DNA from: Candidatus Vecturithrix sp.
GTDB lineage: Bacteria; Moduliflexota; Moduliflexia; Moduliflexales; Moduliflexaceae
Direction of reading: 5' to 3'
DNA: 64,000 nt
Assembly: GCA_040772385.1 (NCBI GenBank)
Contig: JAXGYF010000001.1
Coordinates: 6,701,049-6,765,048, forward strand
Program-made: the position numbers and the translations under genes
Notes under the pieces: generated by a model
What the model was told of the DNA's origin: nothing
Seen by the model: only the letters and a program-made list of their open reading frames with translations
Database searches by the model: none
Shown: piece after piece, positions 8,877-17,826 of the stretch
How the letters are laid out: each line of letters begins with the position of its first letter
Numbering within the stretch: the first letter of the stretch is position 1

Positions 8877-10223
8877 CTATTCCTGACGTTCGATCATCTG
8901 CCGCAAAATATTGACGATCCGTTCAGTAGCATGTCCATCGCAACGAATATACTCCTGTAAAAACGCCTGTCGTTCTGCCTCCAATTTGCTGCGAAGGGCA
9001 GAATCTTCAAGCACCCGACGTACAGAGGGGAGCAAATCGGACTGTCGGATCACATGCCAGGTTCCTCCGGCCTTTGCCCACATATCATAACCGGGAGTCT
9101 GGTAATAATCAAAGGTCAGCGTGGGTGTTCCTAAAATATGAGCATCAAACACAATAGTTGATCCCTGGCAGATCAACAGATCGCTGATGGCAATCAGTTT
9201 AGCGGTTTCATACCGGCGAATCACTGTAAAAGTCCCGGAATGATCTTGTAAATATGGTAAAGCCTCAGATTCATCACGTGGATGAACTTTGACCAGTAAA
9301 TGAAATGCCTCATTCAGGCTGAGTAATTGGGCGATGGTCTCGTGCAAATAAGCGTTCATCTGATCCATCGTAACATGTCCGGCCCGTGTACCAGCTTTAA
9401 TATGAGAAACAGGCGGCGCACCGAGCAACAGTAATCGCCTTTCCGCTGGTGCGCCGATCGCCTGGCAGATCTGTTCGCGCTCTGTGATTTTCCACTGCAC
9501 TCCGTTTTGAATCACCAGATCATGCCGCGGATGTCCTGTCGTCAGAATTTTGACAGGGTTCACTCCAGCCTTTAACAAGATACGCCGGTAATGTTCACCT
9601 GTGACCGCAACATAATCAGCCTGTCCACCGCCTAGAATCCAGGGATTTTCGGGATAGTTGGCAAACAGACGCATTCCTAAAATTGCTGAAGGCGGCTGCC
9701 AGAATACCGGTTGACCATCAACATGCTTGACGGCCTGAGGCGCAAGCCATGCAGCGCTGCGCCGCAAAATTTGTTCCGAGAATGATAGGCTGTGATGATT
9801 ACTCCGCTTCTGCCGCCAGGTCAGCATGGTTTCGGCATCATACGTTGCCGCCCACATAAGGACCAACGAGGGGATGCGACGCTCTTTGGCCTGGCTGACC
9901 AGAAAGGCTTCGACGTAGCGGCGATCATCGGTCAACACAAAGGCTGAGGGGTGAATTTCGTCGCAGAATTGCTGCGCAAAACGGCGCAGACCCCAGTTTT
10001 CTCGGAGAAATTGGAGCACGCCGCCAGTGAGATGCTGTCCCCATAAAAAATGCGGCATGCGCCGGGCAGGCAGATCAAATTCTGCACATACCGACCCGCA
10101 GGTCTGATCATTGGACGGCAAAAGAAAAAGAGGCTCGTCTCCCGAAGCCCGGAGTTGCTCAGCAATCGGCACGAACGTGCGAATCGCCTCATGATAATGA
10201 GGCATAAACACAATTATTCCCAT
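8877..10223 (-). CDS. capsule/glycan biosynthesis protein (second KpsC/KpsS-like or glycosyltransferase, tentative)
   Basis: 448 aa soluble protein adjacent to the nonulosonate cluster; family not verifiable by eye. Confidence 0.35.
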   Translation of the reverse strand: MGIIVFMPHYHEAIRTFVPIAEQLRASGDEPLFLLPSNDQTCGSVCAEFDLPARRMPHFLWGQHLTGGVLQFLRENWGLRRFAQQFCDEIHPSAFVLTDDRRYVEAFLVSQAKERRIPSLVLMWAATYDAETMLTWRQKRSNHHSLSFSEQILRRSAAWLAPQAVKHVDGQPVFWQPPSAILGMRLFANYPENPWILGGGQADYVAVTGEHYRRILLKAGVNPVKILTTGHPRHDLVIQNGVQWKITEREQICQAIGAPAERRLLLLGAPPVSHIKAGTRAGHVTMDQMNAYLHETIAQLLSLNEAFHLLVKVHPRDESEALPYLQDHSGTFTVIRRYETAKLIAISDLLICQGSTIVFDAHILGTPTLTFDYYQTPGYDMWAKAGGTWHVIRQSDLLPSVRRVLEDSALRSKLEAERQAFLQEYIRCDGHATERIVNILRQMIERQE

Positions 10224-10309
10224 GTTCTATCTGTTCAGCCACAAATCCGTTGCTTTTGAACATTCATCCAGAGTGGTGTTTCCATGTTATCCTCTGAAAA
10301 TACCCGTTC

Positions 10310-10350
10310 GTAGTTCCCGCTTTAGCGGGCTGCCTGAAGGCAGAACTACA
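10310..10350. repeat. GTAGTTC-[CCGCtttaGCGG]-[CTGCCtgaaGGCAG]-AACTAC compound hairpin, 3' of the TerD-like gene
   Basis: Read from sequence. Confidence 0.5.
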
Positions 10351-10368
10351 AGCATTACGACTCTTTTT

Positions 10369-10935
10369 TTATCCGATCAGAGCGTTGGCTCCTGGAATTT
10401 TGTTGACGAATGTCCCTAAATCCATGATCTCATTCATGTTCACTAATTTTGCGCCCATAGGACTGGTGTTATCAATTTTGCATATAACAGCCACATGGCC
10501 TTTTTCACTGGCATTCAACGGCACTTCCACTTCTTCGCCGCGGTCGTTCATCACGATAACCGAGCCATCATAGGAGCCGAAAGCCGAGGCGATTTTTTTT
10601 GAGGCGTCGGTATAATTCAGGGCCACGATATAGAGTTCAGCTAGATCGTCTAATTTTGTAATTCGCAAAATTTCCTGATTATCCCCGCCTTTGGCGCCGA
10701 CGCCGGCATCGCCGCTTAGTTCAATAAAGGGGAAACTATTCAAGCTCCCCATTGAGCCGCCCGGATACCCGTCTGAAAATATTCCGCCGGGCTGACCGGT
10801 TTTGCTTTTGTAAAAGGCCATCAAATCCAGATCAACATCGGCCGTCCAGCGTAAGGTCACCATCAATTGTTTAACGGATACATACGCTTCTTCCCCTTTT
10901 TTATTCAATGTCACTTTGCGTTTAATTTCTGCCAT
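10369..10935 (-). CDS. TerD-family (Ca-binding stress protein-like) protein, paralog 1
   Basis: About 189 aa. Aligns by eye to the TerD pattern (VTL.K, LRWTADVDLDLMAF, SGDAGVGAKGGDNQEIL, FGSYDGS). Start MAEIKRKV chosen by homology to the paralogs at 18397 and 20436. Confidence 0.65.
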   Translation of the reverse strand: MAEIKRKVTLNKKGEEAYVSVKQLMVTLRWTADVDLDLMAFYKSKTGQPGGIFSDGYPGGSMGSLNSFPFIELSGDAGVGAKGGDNQEILRITKLDDLAELYIVALNYTDASKKIASAFGSYDGSVIVMNDRGEEVEVPLNASEKGHVAVICKIDNTSPMGAKLVNMNEIMDLGTFVNKIPGANALIG

Positions 10936-11057
10936 AATAGTTCTGAGTTCGCTCAACAATGTCTCTGAACAGACACAGATAACGGTTCAGCGAACATTTT
11001 CCTCCTTTGGAAATCATCAAACAACTCAGACGTGTCCGACAAAGTCCGACAAGTCCT

Positions 11058-11082
11058 GTACCGCCTGAAGGCGGAACTACAA
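11058..11082. repeat. Partial copy of the GTAGTTC-family hairpin (CCGCCTGAAGGCGGAACTACAA)
   Basis: Read from sequence. Confidence 0.4.
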
Positions 11083-11113
11083 ACTCATACAAATTTCTGT
11101 CCCAGCGTGATAA

Positions 11114-12625
11114 TTATGTATAATTCAGAATCGCAGATTTCTGCTGGCCTTCGGCCACCACCGTGACCGAAAGCATTTGTTCCTCATCTATTTTAAACGT
11201 CACTTCCACGTCCAACTTGCCGGCCGGCCTGGGAGGTAAGTCGGGAATGGAAATAGTACCAATATGAGAATGAGTATCTCTTCTAATCACCGGTCCGGCG
11301 CCTTGATAAATATCAATATCGAGAAAAGGTACATTATCCTGATATGTGGTAAACACTTGTTTAACTATACAGGGCGTACGATGATTGGCGGGGATCAGTT
11401 CTTTAAAATTACGCCCCTCTCGTTTGACGGTTTTAATACCAAGCGCATGACAGGTGCGGGTATAGATAGCGATCTCTTTATCAAAAAAGTTGCGATTATC
11501 CAAATACGCTGCGTACATGGCTGCGCCCTCGGCAATACTGGTTGAAGGGTTCGCGTTACTCCAGACTTTGGATTCACCGATGACATCGTCTAACAAGGCT
11601 TTCATACACGGAATCGCGCTTGAGCCTCCGACGCGAATGATGCGATCGACCTGAGAAGGCTTAATCCCGGATTTCGTCCAGAGATTGTGAATGATCTCTT
11701 TAATTTTTCTGACATAATGCTGAATCGATGCTTCAAACTCTTCCCGCGTCATTTCGCAATCAATATTTTTATCCGGGGGAATGATAAACGGCACAGATAC
11801 CCAACATTCGGTTGTGCTGCTGAGGGTTTTTTTAGCATCAATCGTAGCTTCCATCAATTTCTGACGCGATTGATTGAACTGAACCGGCGCCAGGCCATCT
11901 AACGAAAGTCGGTTCTTCTGCAAAATCAGTTCGGCAAAACAGGTATCAAAATCCATGCCGCCGAGCCGGTCGTCCCCACCCGTGCCCAACACTTCAAAAT
12001 TCAAACTTTTTCTGGTCTGCTCCAGACGAAAGAGAGTCAGATCAAAGGTTCCGCCGCCGAGATCGAACACCAAAATATTCTCGCTAAACTCTTTTTCAGG
12101 ATATTCTTCACTGAGCTGGTAGGCATAACATAAGGAAGCGGCAATCGGTTCCTGAATGACACCGATACAATTGATATTCGCCTTATCAGCCGCGATACGC
12201 GTGTTCTCGATCTGGTGCGCTTTAAAGTAAAAAGGAACTGTCACCACGCTTCCGCGACTGCTAAACACTCCTTTAGGAAATTTTGATTTGGCATCTTCAT
12301 AAATTTTTTCTAAAATAATCGCAGAAATTTCTACCGGACTGAATTCTTTACCGCCGAGCTTGACTTTTTGATTGACATCATCCATCAGGCGCTTGACGCC
12401 GACGATCATGTTTTCAGGCATGATCAAGCCCCTGCGATAGGCGATTTGCCCGACAATATATTCCTCTTTTTCAGGATTGTAATAGACGACCGATTGAGTG
12501 GTATCCTGCCCGGTTTTATTTTGAATGATGCGCGGCCCGCGGCCGTCAATCCAGCGGGCCAGAGCGCTGAACGTGGTTCCCAAATCAAAGCCTAGCACCG
12601 GATTCTTTTCGCTGTCAACAGCCAT
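11114..12625 (-). CDS. Hsp70-family ATPase, lid-less paralog A (503 aa)
   Basis: LGFDLGTTFS phosphate-1 motif and VFDLGGGTFD motif; NBD plus beta-sandwich SBD with no helical lid. RBS GGAGGAGAGG precedes the ATG. Confidence 0.85.
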   Translation of the reverse strand: MAVDSEKNPVLGFDLGTTFSALARWIDGRGPRIIQNKTGQDTTQSVVYYNPEKEEYIVGQIAYRRGLIMPENMIVGVKRLMDDVNQKVKLGGKEFSPVEISAIILEKIYEDAKSKFPKGVFSSRGSVVTVPFYFKAHQIENTRIAADKANINCIGVIQEPIAASLCYAYQLSEEYPEKEFSENILVFDLGGGTFDLTLFRLEQTRKSLNFEVLGTGGDDRLGGMDFDTCFAELILQKNRLSLDGLAPVQFNQSRQKLMEATIDAKKTLSSTTECWVSVPFIIPPDKNIDCEMTREEFEASIQHYVRKIKEIIHNLWTKSGIKPSQVDRIIRVGGSSAIPCMKALLDDVIGESKVWSNANPSTSIAEGAAMYAAYLDNRNFFDKEIAIYTRTCHALGIKTVKREGRNFKELIPANHRTPCIVKQVFTTYQDNVPFLDIDIYQGAGPVIRRDTHSHIGTISIPDLPPRPAGKLDVEVTFKIDEEQMLSVTVVAEGQQKSAILNYT

Positions 12626-12637
12626 GTCCTCTCCTCC

Positions 12638-12738
12638 TGGGAAACTACAGGGATTTCACATAATTCAGGGATAAAACATCCTTGCTTATGAGAAATCCTT
12701 GTAGTTTCATTGCGTCGGGTGAGCGCCCGTTCATGACA
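12638..12738 (-). promoter_or_regulatory. Conserved structured leader (family L) immediately 5' of the Hsp70-A RBS
   Basis: Nested inverted repeats GAAACTACAAGGATTTCTCATAAGCAAGGAT...ATCCCTGTAGTTTC plus the upstream TCATGAACGGGCGCTCA repeat that overlaps the grpE-like stop codon; 6 copies in the window. Confidence 0.55.
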
Positions 12739-13714
12739 ACTCCTGTGTTTCACTCTCATTCTTCACAACAACGACCTGAGCGGCTCGAAGTACCAGACGT
12801 TCACCGCGATACGCCATATAATCGTAGCCTTTTCTGGCGACCTCTTTAATCTGATCATTTTCCATATTGGGATCCGGCTCAACGGCTAATGGCTCATGGC
12901 GTTCAAAGTCAACTACGGTTCCCGGAGCAACATCCATCTCATGCACGTCAATTTGCTCAAAAACCCGTTCGAGTTCAGCACCAAGTTTCTGGTAAGTCTC
13001 ATACCAGACTGCCAGCGCCTCGGCATTTTCCGCATAGCGCTGCCGGAATTCTTCAATGCGCGGAGGCATCAGTTTCTGGCCGTCATAGATGCCATCAAGA
13101 ATGGGCAGCACTTGTTTTTCGAGGAAAGATAAAATCTGGTCTCTGCGATTTTTCACCAGATCGTTTGACAGGGAAACAATTTTGTAATTGTCTTTTCCGA
13201 TGGTCTTAAGCGTTTGCTGCATTTTTTGCAGCGCGAGGTCTTTTTCTGTCGTTTCCTCAAACAGCGTTCGCCATTGTTCTGCTTCTATCACACGTAACTC
13301 GCCAGGGCTCTCAAGATCCTCAGCCAGTTTTTTTAAACGCTCTCCTGGTGTGACCAGACGTTCCAGCATTCTACCGATAATTTCCAGCCCTTCTTGATGG
13401 TTTTTAATCTCTTTTTGCAACTCCTCAGGCCATGCCGCGACAAGATTTTGACTTTCAGCAATCATTGCTTTGGCTGCATTGGCTGCGCATTCGATTTCGG
13501 GCACTAATTTTTTCCCATAGGTTTCCCAATAACAGGCTTCTTCAAAATTCGCGTCATATAGCTGTCGATCTTCTTCGAGTTGCGCTTCCTCACTTTTTTT
13601 AGCGCTGGCAACTAATTCGTCAAGATCAAATTCAAACGGACGTTCCGGCGTCTCCTGCTTTTCTAAAATCGTCGGTTCTTCTTGAGCAGGAACCTGTGCT
13701 TCTGATGTTGTCAT
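12731..13714 (-). CDS. GrpE-like nucleotide exchange factor, elongated (327 aa)
   Basis: C-terminal FERHEPLAV...KGYDYMAYRGERLVLRAAQVVVV matches the GrpE beta-domain pattern (FDP.xHxAx ... KGY.L.GR.LRPA.V.V); a long acidic coiled-coil-like N-terminus; AGGAGG RBS. Confidence 0.6.
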   Translation of the reverse strand: MTTSEAQVPAQEEPTILEKQETPERPFEFDLDELVASAKKSEEAQLEEDRQLYDANFEEACYWETYGKKLVPEIECAANAAKAMIAESQNLVAAWPEELQKEIKNHQEGLEIIGRMLERLVTPGERLKKLAEDLESPGELRVIEAEQWRTLFEETTEKDLALQKMQQTLKTIGKDNYKIVSLSNDLVKNRRDQILSFLEKQVLPILDGIYDGQKLMPPRIEEFRQRYAENAEALAVWYETYQKLGAELERVFEQIDVHEMDVAPGTVVDFERHEPLAVEPDPNMENDQIKEVARKGYDYMAYRGERLVLRAAQVVVVKNESETQELS

Positions 13715-13741
13715 AGCACTTTCCTCCTGATAATAAGGCAG

Positions 13742-15322
13742 TTATGATTCTTTGATTTCCAATTCTTCCGAAGAGCCTGAACTACTCGCTCTGACTCTGA
13801 GTAAATTTTGCTGATCAATCTCAAATTTGACGGTAATCCGTTCCTGACCGCGAGGTTTCGGCGGGATGCCGCTCAAGAAAAATTCTCCGATACATTTGAC
13901 GCCTTCTGAGGAGACATATTCGACGTCATCAAGAGATTGATACACCCGAATCGCCAGTTCAGTCATATTATCGCGGGGGGTGCTGTAATCTTTTGTAGCA
14001 ACCACTGGTTGATCCGCCGGAATATCAATGCCTTTTCGGATAAGGCAGCTAAATCTGCCGCCGACCACTTCAATTCCCAGGTTGTGCGTCACTTTATCGT
14101 GTAATTCGATCTTAAACGCCGGGATATCATCAACTTCTTTCGGCACAAAATCAGCGTCTTGCGGCAGGTTCATGGTCGCTCCCAGAATTGCGGCCCCACG
14201 CGCAATCGCCGTATCCGGATCGATATCCGAATACGGTTCTCTGCCAAACATCTCCTGAAGCATCTCTTTGACCAGAGGCACTTTGGTCGAGCCGCCGACC
14301 AGAATGATGCGATCAACATCTCGAATCGTAAATTGAGCGGCATCCAGGGCCTTTTGCACAGCTTCTCTGGTGTCCATCACCAGATCGCGAATGACCTCAT
14401 TAAACTGTTCGCGCGTCACTTCCATCTCAACGTGATAAGGCGTGCCGCTTTCATCGTGAATAATATTGGGAATATGAATGCTGGCGCTCGAAGCTTCAGT
14501 AAGTTCGTGTTTGGCCTCCATCACGGCCTCTTTCAGTTTTTGCTGGGCGTTGCGGAGTTTATTTTCATTGATCCCCTGATCTTTTTTCAGATCGAGGATA
14601 TCAACGCCGGATTGTTCGCGTAACGTGCTGGCAACAATCGCCATCAGCCGTTCATCAAAGTCATCGCCGCCTAACTCCGAGATACCTTCTTTGGCCAGGA
14701 CGCTGAAGGATTTTTGATCATCTTGAGTCGAGTTGACCTGGAGAATCGAAACGTCAAAAGTACCGCCGCCGAGATCATAGACCAGAATCGTCTGATCGCG
14801 TTCTTTTTCCAGGGCATACGCATACGCGGCCGCCACCGGTTCTTCCAGCAGACGGAGTACCTCCAGATTCGCAAGTTCTGCGGCTTTCCTGGTGGCCTTC
14901 TTTTTGGCGTCGTCAAAATTGGCAGGAACACAGATGACTGCGTATTTGGGAAGACCGCCGAGTTCAAAGGCTTCATACTGCTGCACGCCTGCCGCGACTT
15001 TTGAGAGAATTTCGGCGGCAATATCGGCGGGGGTATAGACTCGCTCCGGCTGCCCGTCAAAAACTTTGGTCCAGGCTTCTCCCATTTTGCGTTTGATGGA
15101 GACCACTGTATTTTCAGGATCGATGATACTGCGCGATTTTGCCTGCTGTCCGACAAGGACGTCGCCATTCCTCAACACCGACACCACAGAAGGCAGCGTC
15201 TTGGCCCCATAAATTGGAATAATTTCAGACTGTCCGGCTTTATACACCGCAACAGCAGTATTGGTAGTGCCTAAATCGATTCCAAGAACATAGCCGCTAT
15301 AGGTTTCTTTTGTCTGACTCAT
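13742..15322 (-). CDS. Hsp70-family ATPase, lid-less paralog B (526 aa)
   Basis: LGIDLGTTNTAVAV and VYDLGGGTFDVS motifs. Confidence 0.85.
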   Translation of the reverse strand: MSQTKETYSGYVLGIDLGTTNTAVAVYKAGQSEIIPIYGAKTLPSVVSVLRNGDVLVGQQAKSRSIIDPENTVVSIKRKMGEAWTKVFDGQPERVYTPADIAAEILSKVAAGVQQYEAFELGGLPKYAVICVPANFDDAKKKATRKAAELANLEVLRLLEEPVAAAYAYALEKERDQTILVYDLGGGTFDVSILQVNSTQDDQKSFSVLAKEGISELGGDDFDERLMAIVASTLREQSGVDILDLKKDQGINENKLRNAQQKLKEAVMEAKHELTEASSASIHIPNIIHDESGTPYHVEMEVTREQFNEVIRDLVMDTREAVQKALDAAQFTIRDVDRIILVGGSTKVPLVKEMLQEMFGREPYSDIDPDTAIARGAAILGATMNLPQDADFVPKEVDDIPAFKIELHDKVTHNLGIEVVGGRFSCLIRKGIDIPADQPVVATKDYSTPRDNMTELAIRVYQSLDDVEYVSSEGVKCIGEFFLSGIPPKPRGQERITVKFEIDQQNLLRVRASSSGSSEELEIKES

Positions 15323-15335
15323 GATTGTTCTCCTC

Positions 15336-15412
15336 TGAAACTACAAGGATGACTCATAAGCAAGGATTTTTATCCCTGATTACCTGATTATGTGAAAATC
15401 CTTGTAGTACAT
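15336..15412 (-). promoter_or_regulatory. Family-L structured leader 5' of Hsp70-B
   Basis: GAAACTACAAGGATGACTCATAAGCAAGGATTTTTATCCCTG...GAAAATCCTTGTAG, nearly identical to the copies at 22343 and 12638. Confidence 0.55.
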
Positions 15413-15434
15413 GATTTCAGAAATAACGAGACAG

Positions 15435-15472
15435 GAGAAACCAGGTTTTCAGGAAAAAACCTGGTTTCTTCG
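15435..15472. repeat. PRE-family palindrome (variant GAAACCAGGTTTTCAGGAAAAAACCTGGTTTC) between Hsp70-C and the Hsp70-B leader
   Basis: Read from sequence. Confidence 0.6.
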
Positions 15473-15487
15473 TCGCGCCTCGACTCT

Positions 15488-17026
15488 TTATGTTGTCATC
15501 CTCACCTGCACGGTTTTAGATTTGGCGTCCCCATAGTTCAACATGTCATCTACTGTCGGCAGATCCAGGTCTCCATTGTGCGTTGCAGCATAGTTGATAA
15601 TCGGCAGAAGTTTTTCGCTGATCGGAAATTGGACGGCAGTAAAATGAATGATGCCGTCAGCGTCTAATTCGAAAATTGCCCCGACCGGGACAAGATTTTC
15701 CTGCGGCGGTGAAATGGGCAATTCGAGTTCTCCCAAATAGTGATTTTGCAGCGGATTAGGTTGTTCTCCTCGAAAGACGCGCATTTTTACAACTGGCTGT
15801 CCTGGATACCCGGTAGATCCAAGAAATCCGCCGCGACACGGATAACTGGTTTGGCGCGGAATAATTGCCCGAAACATCAACTGCTGCTGTTCGTTCAAGG
15901 CATCTATGCCGAGTGAGTGCCCGGTCACATCGGAAATTTCAATCGGCAGAGCTTCTTCCGCGGGTAAAAAGAGATTCGCCGCCACAATAGATGCGCCGTG
16001 TGATACGACCTCATCAACCCGATCGGCAATATACGGATCTTTGATCTGCTGGGCAATCACCTCGCGCACGGCCTTATTTTTGGTTGATCCGCCGACTAAA
16101 ATCACCCGGTCAATGTCGCGCGGCGTCAGGTTTGCGTCGCGCAAGACGGCTTTCATCGCCTGAATCGTACGTTGCAGCAGCGGATCGATCAGGCGGTTAT
16201 ATTCAGACAGCGAAATTTCGAGGCTCAAGGGATAGCCTAAACAGTCAGGAAGATTGATAAAGGCGCTTTCGGATTCTGACAATTCAATTTTGGCAGTTTC
16301 AGCGGCTTCTTTCAAACGTTGTTGGGCGATACGACCTTCCCGGGTGGTATTATTCAGCACATCAACCCCGGTTTTTTTTCTGAACGCTGCTGCCGCCCAA
16401 TTAATGATGGCCTGGTCAAAATCGTCGCCGCCGAGACGGCTGTCGCCGCCAACGGCCTTGACGTTAAAGTTATTCCCGCGAATTTCCAGAATCGAAACGT
16501 CAAACGTACCGCCGCCCAGGTCATAGACCATAATCGTCTGATCGCGCTCCTTATCCAACCCATAGGCAATTGCGGCGGCCGTTGGTTCGGGGAGCAGACG
16601 CAGAACGTTCAATCCGGCTTCTTCCCCGGCTTTTTTCGTATCTTCGCGCTGAGCCTCGGTAAAATAGGCCGGCACCGTAATGACCGCATCCCAGATTTCT
16701 TCTTTCAGCACGCTTTGCGCGCTTTCAACCAATTGTTTTAAGATCATACTGGCAATGTTGACCGGCGTCAGCGTTTTAAAGCGGATACGATAGGATTTGC
16801 TGCGATCGCCCATAAAGCGTTTTGATGAAAAAATCGTATTCTCCGGATCAATCAACATTCTGGATTTGGCGGCCTGACCGATAAGCACATCCCCCTCTTC
16901 ACGAAATGAGATGACCGAGGGCATGGTTGTGCGTCCTTTGATGAGAAGCGTCTCAGCAACCCCGCGCCGATAAATAGACACCACAGAATTGGTAGTGCCA
17001 AGATCAATCCCCACTGCGTAAGCCAT
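15488..17026 (-). CDS. Hsp70-family ATPase, lid-less paralog C (about 512 aa)
   Basis: Start at MAYAVGIDLGTTNS behind AAAGGAGAA; VYDLGGGTFDVS motif. Confidence 0.85.
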   Translation of the reverse strand: MAYAVGIDLGTTNSVVSIYRRGVAETLLIKGRTTMPSVISFREEGDVLIGQAAKSRMLIDPENTIFSSKRFMGDRSKSYRIRFKTLTPVNIASMILKQLVESAQSVLKEEIWDAVITVPAYFTEAQREDTKKAGEEAGLNVLRLLPEPTAAAIAYGLDKERDQTIMVYDLGGGTFDVSILEIRGNNFNVKAVGGDSRLGGDDFDQAIINWAAAAFRKKTGVDVLNNTTREGRIAQQRLKEAAETAKIELSESESAFINLPDCLGYPLSLEISLSEYNRLIDPLLQRTIQAMKAVLRDANLTPRDIDRVILVGGSTKNKAVREVIAQQIKDPYIADRVDEVVSHGASIVAANLFLPAEEALPIEISDVTGHSLGIDALNEQQQLMFRAIIPRQTSYPCRGGFLGSTGYPGQPVVKMRVFRGEQPNPLQNHYLGELELPISPPQENLVPVGAIFELDADGIIHFTAVQFPISEKLLPIINYAATHNGDLDLPTVDDMLNYGDAKSKTVQVRMTT

Positions 17027-17035
17027 AATATTCTC

Positions 17036-17118
17036 CTTTAAAACTACAGGAATTGATCTATAAGCAAGAATCATTCCGAAGAGCATTCTTGCTTATAGAT
17101 CAATTCCTGTAGTTTCAT
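17036..17118 (-). promoter_or_regulatory. Family-L leader 5' of Hsp70-C (long near-perfect palindrome CTACAGGAATTGATCTATAAGCAAGAAT...ATTCTTGCTTATAGATCAATTCCTGTAG)
   Basis: Read from sequence; ends with GTAGTTTTAAAGGAG at the RBS. Confidence 0.55.
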
Positions 17119-17127
17119 ACCCTCTTG

Positions 17128-17826
17128 TCACTCTACAACTGTAAATTCACGTGCGCGTTGTAATTTGATCCTCAATTGTGAGGCAAAAGCAAAAATATAT
17201 CTGAGCGCAATCGCAAAACCTAACCCTTGCGCATGTTCAATGGAAATCATACTGTTCGCCACGCCAATCACCTCGCCGTTCTCGTTCAGAATGGGGCCGC
17301 CGCTATTCCCCGGATTGAGCGCCACATCTGTCTGAATAAAACTTGCGCCCTGAATCAGGCGATTACGGTTGCTGATAATGCCTTGCGACACGGTAAAATC
17401 TAAACCGAGAGGATGGCCGAGCGCGTACACTCGCTGACCCGTCTGAATCGAAATCGGATCTGCAAAGGTCAGGCAGGGCGCCTGAAGTTGAGGGATTTGA
17501 AGCATCGCCAGATCATGTAACGGATCTTGCGCCAGCACTGGCGATTGCCAGATTTCACCACTGGAAGAGACAAGCTCAATCGTTTCTGAATGAATCACAT
17601 GGCGACATGTGAGAAGATGACCATCCGAACTCACAACAAACCCGGTTCCAATCCCATGAGCGCTGCGTAAAAGGAAAACAGCGTCTTCTGCACTTCGGAG
17701 AACGTCTTCGATTGATCTTCCAGATGTCATCATCACATTGCCCCTCTCGGAAATAGCCTCCGGAATTCCAGCATATTTGTGAGCAACTCCAGAGTCAAGG
17801 CGATAGAGCAGGTATATTTTATGCAT
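17128..17826 (-). CDS. trypsin-like (S1 family) serine protease, no PDZ domain
   Basis: TCRHVI (His), DLAML (Asp) and GNSGGP (Ser) catalytic signatures. The start ATG overlaps the TerD-2 stop (ATGCATAA). Confidence 0.7.
   Translation of the reverse strand: MHKIYLLYRLDSGVAHKYAGIPEAISERGNVMMTSGRSIEDVLRSAEDAVFLLRSAHGIGTGFVVSSDGHLLTCRHVIHSETIELVSSSGEIWQSPVLAQDPLHDLAMLQIPQLQAPCLTFADPISIQTGQRVYALGHPLGLDFTVSQGIISNRNRLIQGASFIQTDVALNPGNSGGPILNENGEVIGVANSMISIEHAQGLGFAIALRYIFAFASQLRIKLQRAREFTVVE

Noticed and set aside
12638-17118. Hsp70 leader palindromes as CIRCE (HrcA), HAIR (HspR) or CtsR boxes
   Set aside because: The sequence does not match TTAGCACTC-N9-GAGTGCTAA, CTTGAGT-N7-ACTCAAG or the GGTCAAA heptad repeats. 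The GAGTGC...GCACTC polarity in family S is opposite to CIRCE.
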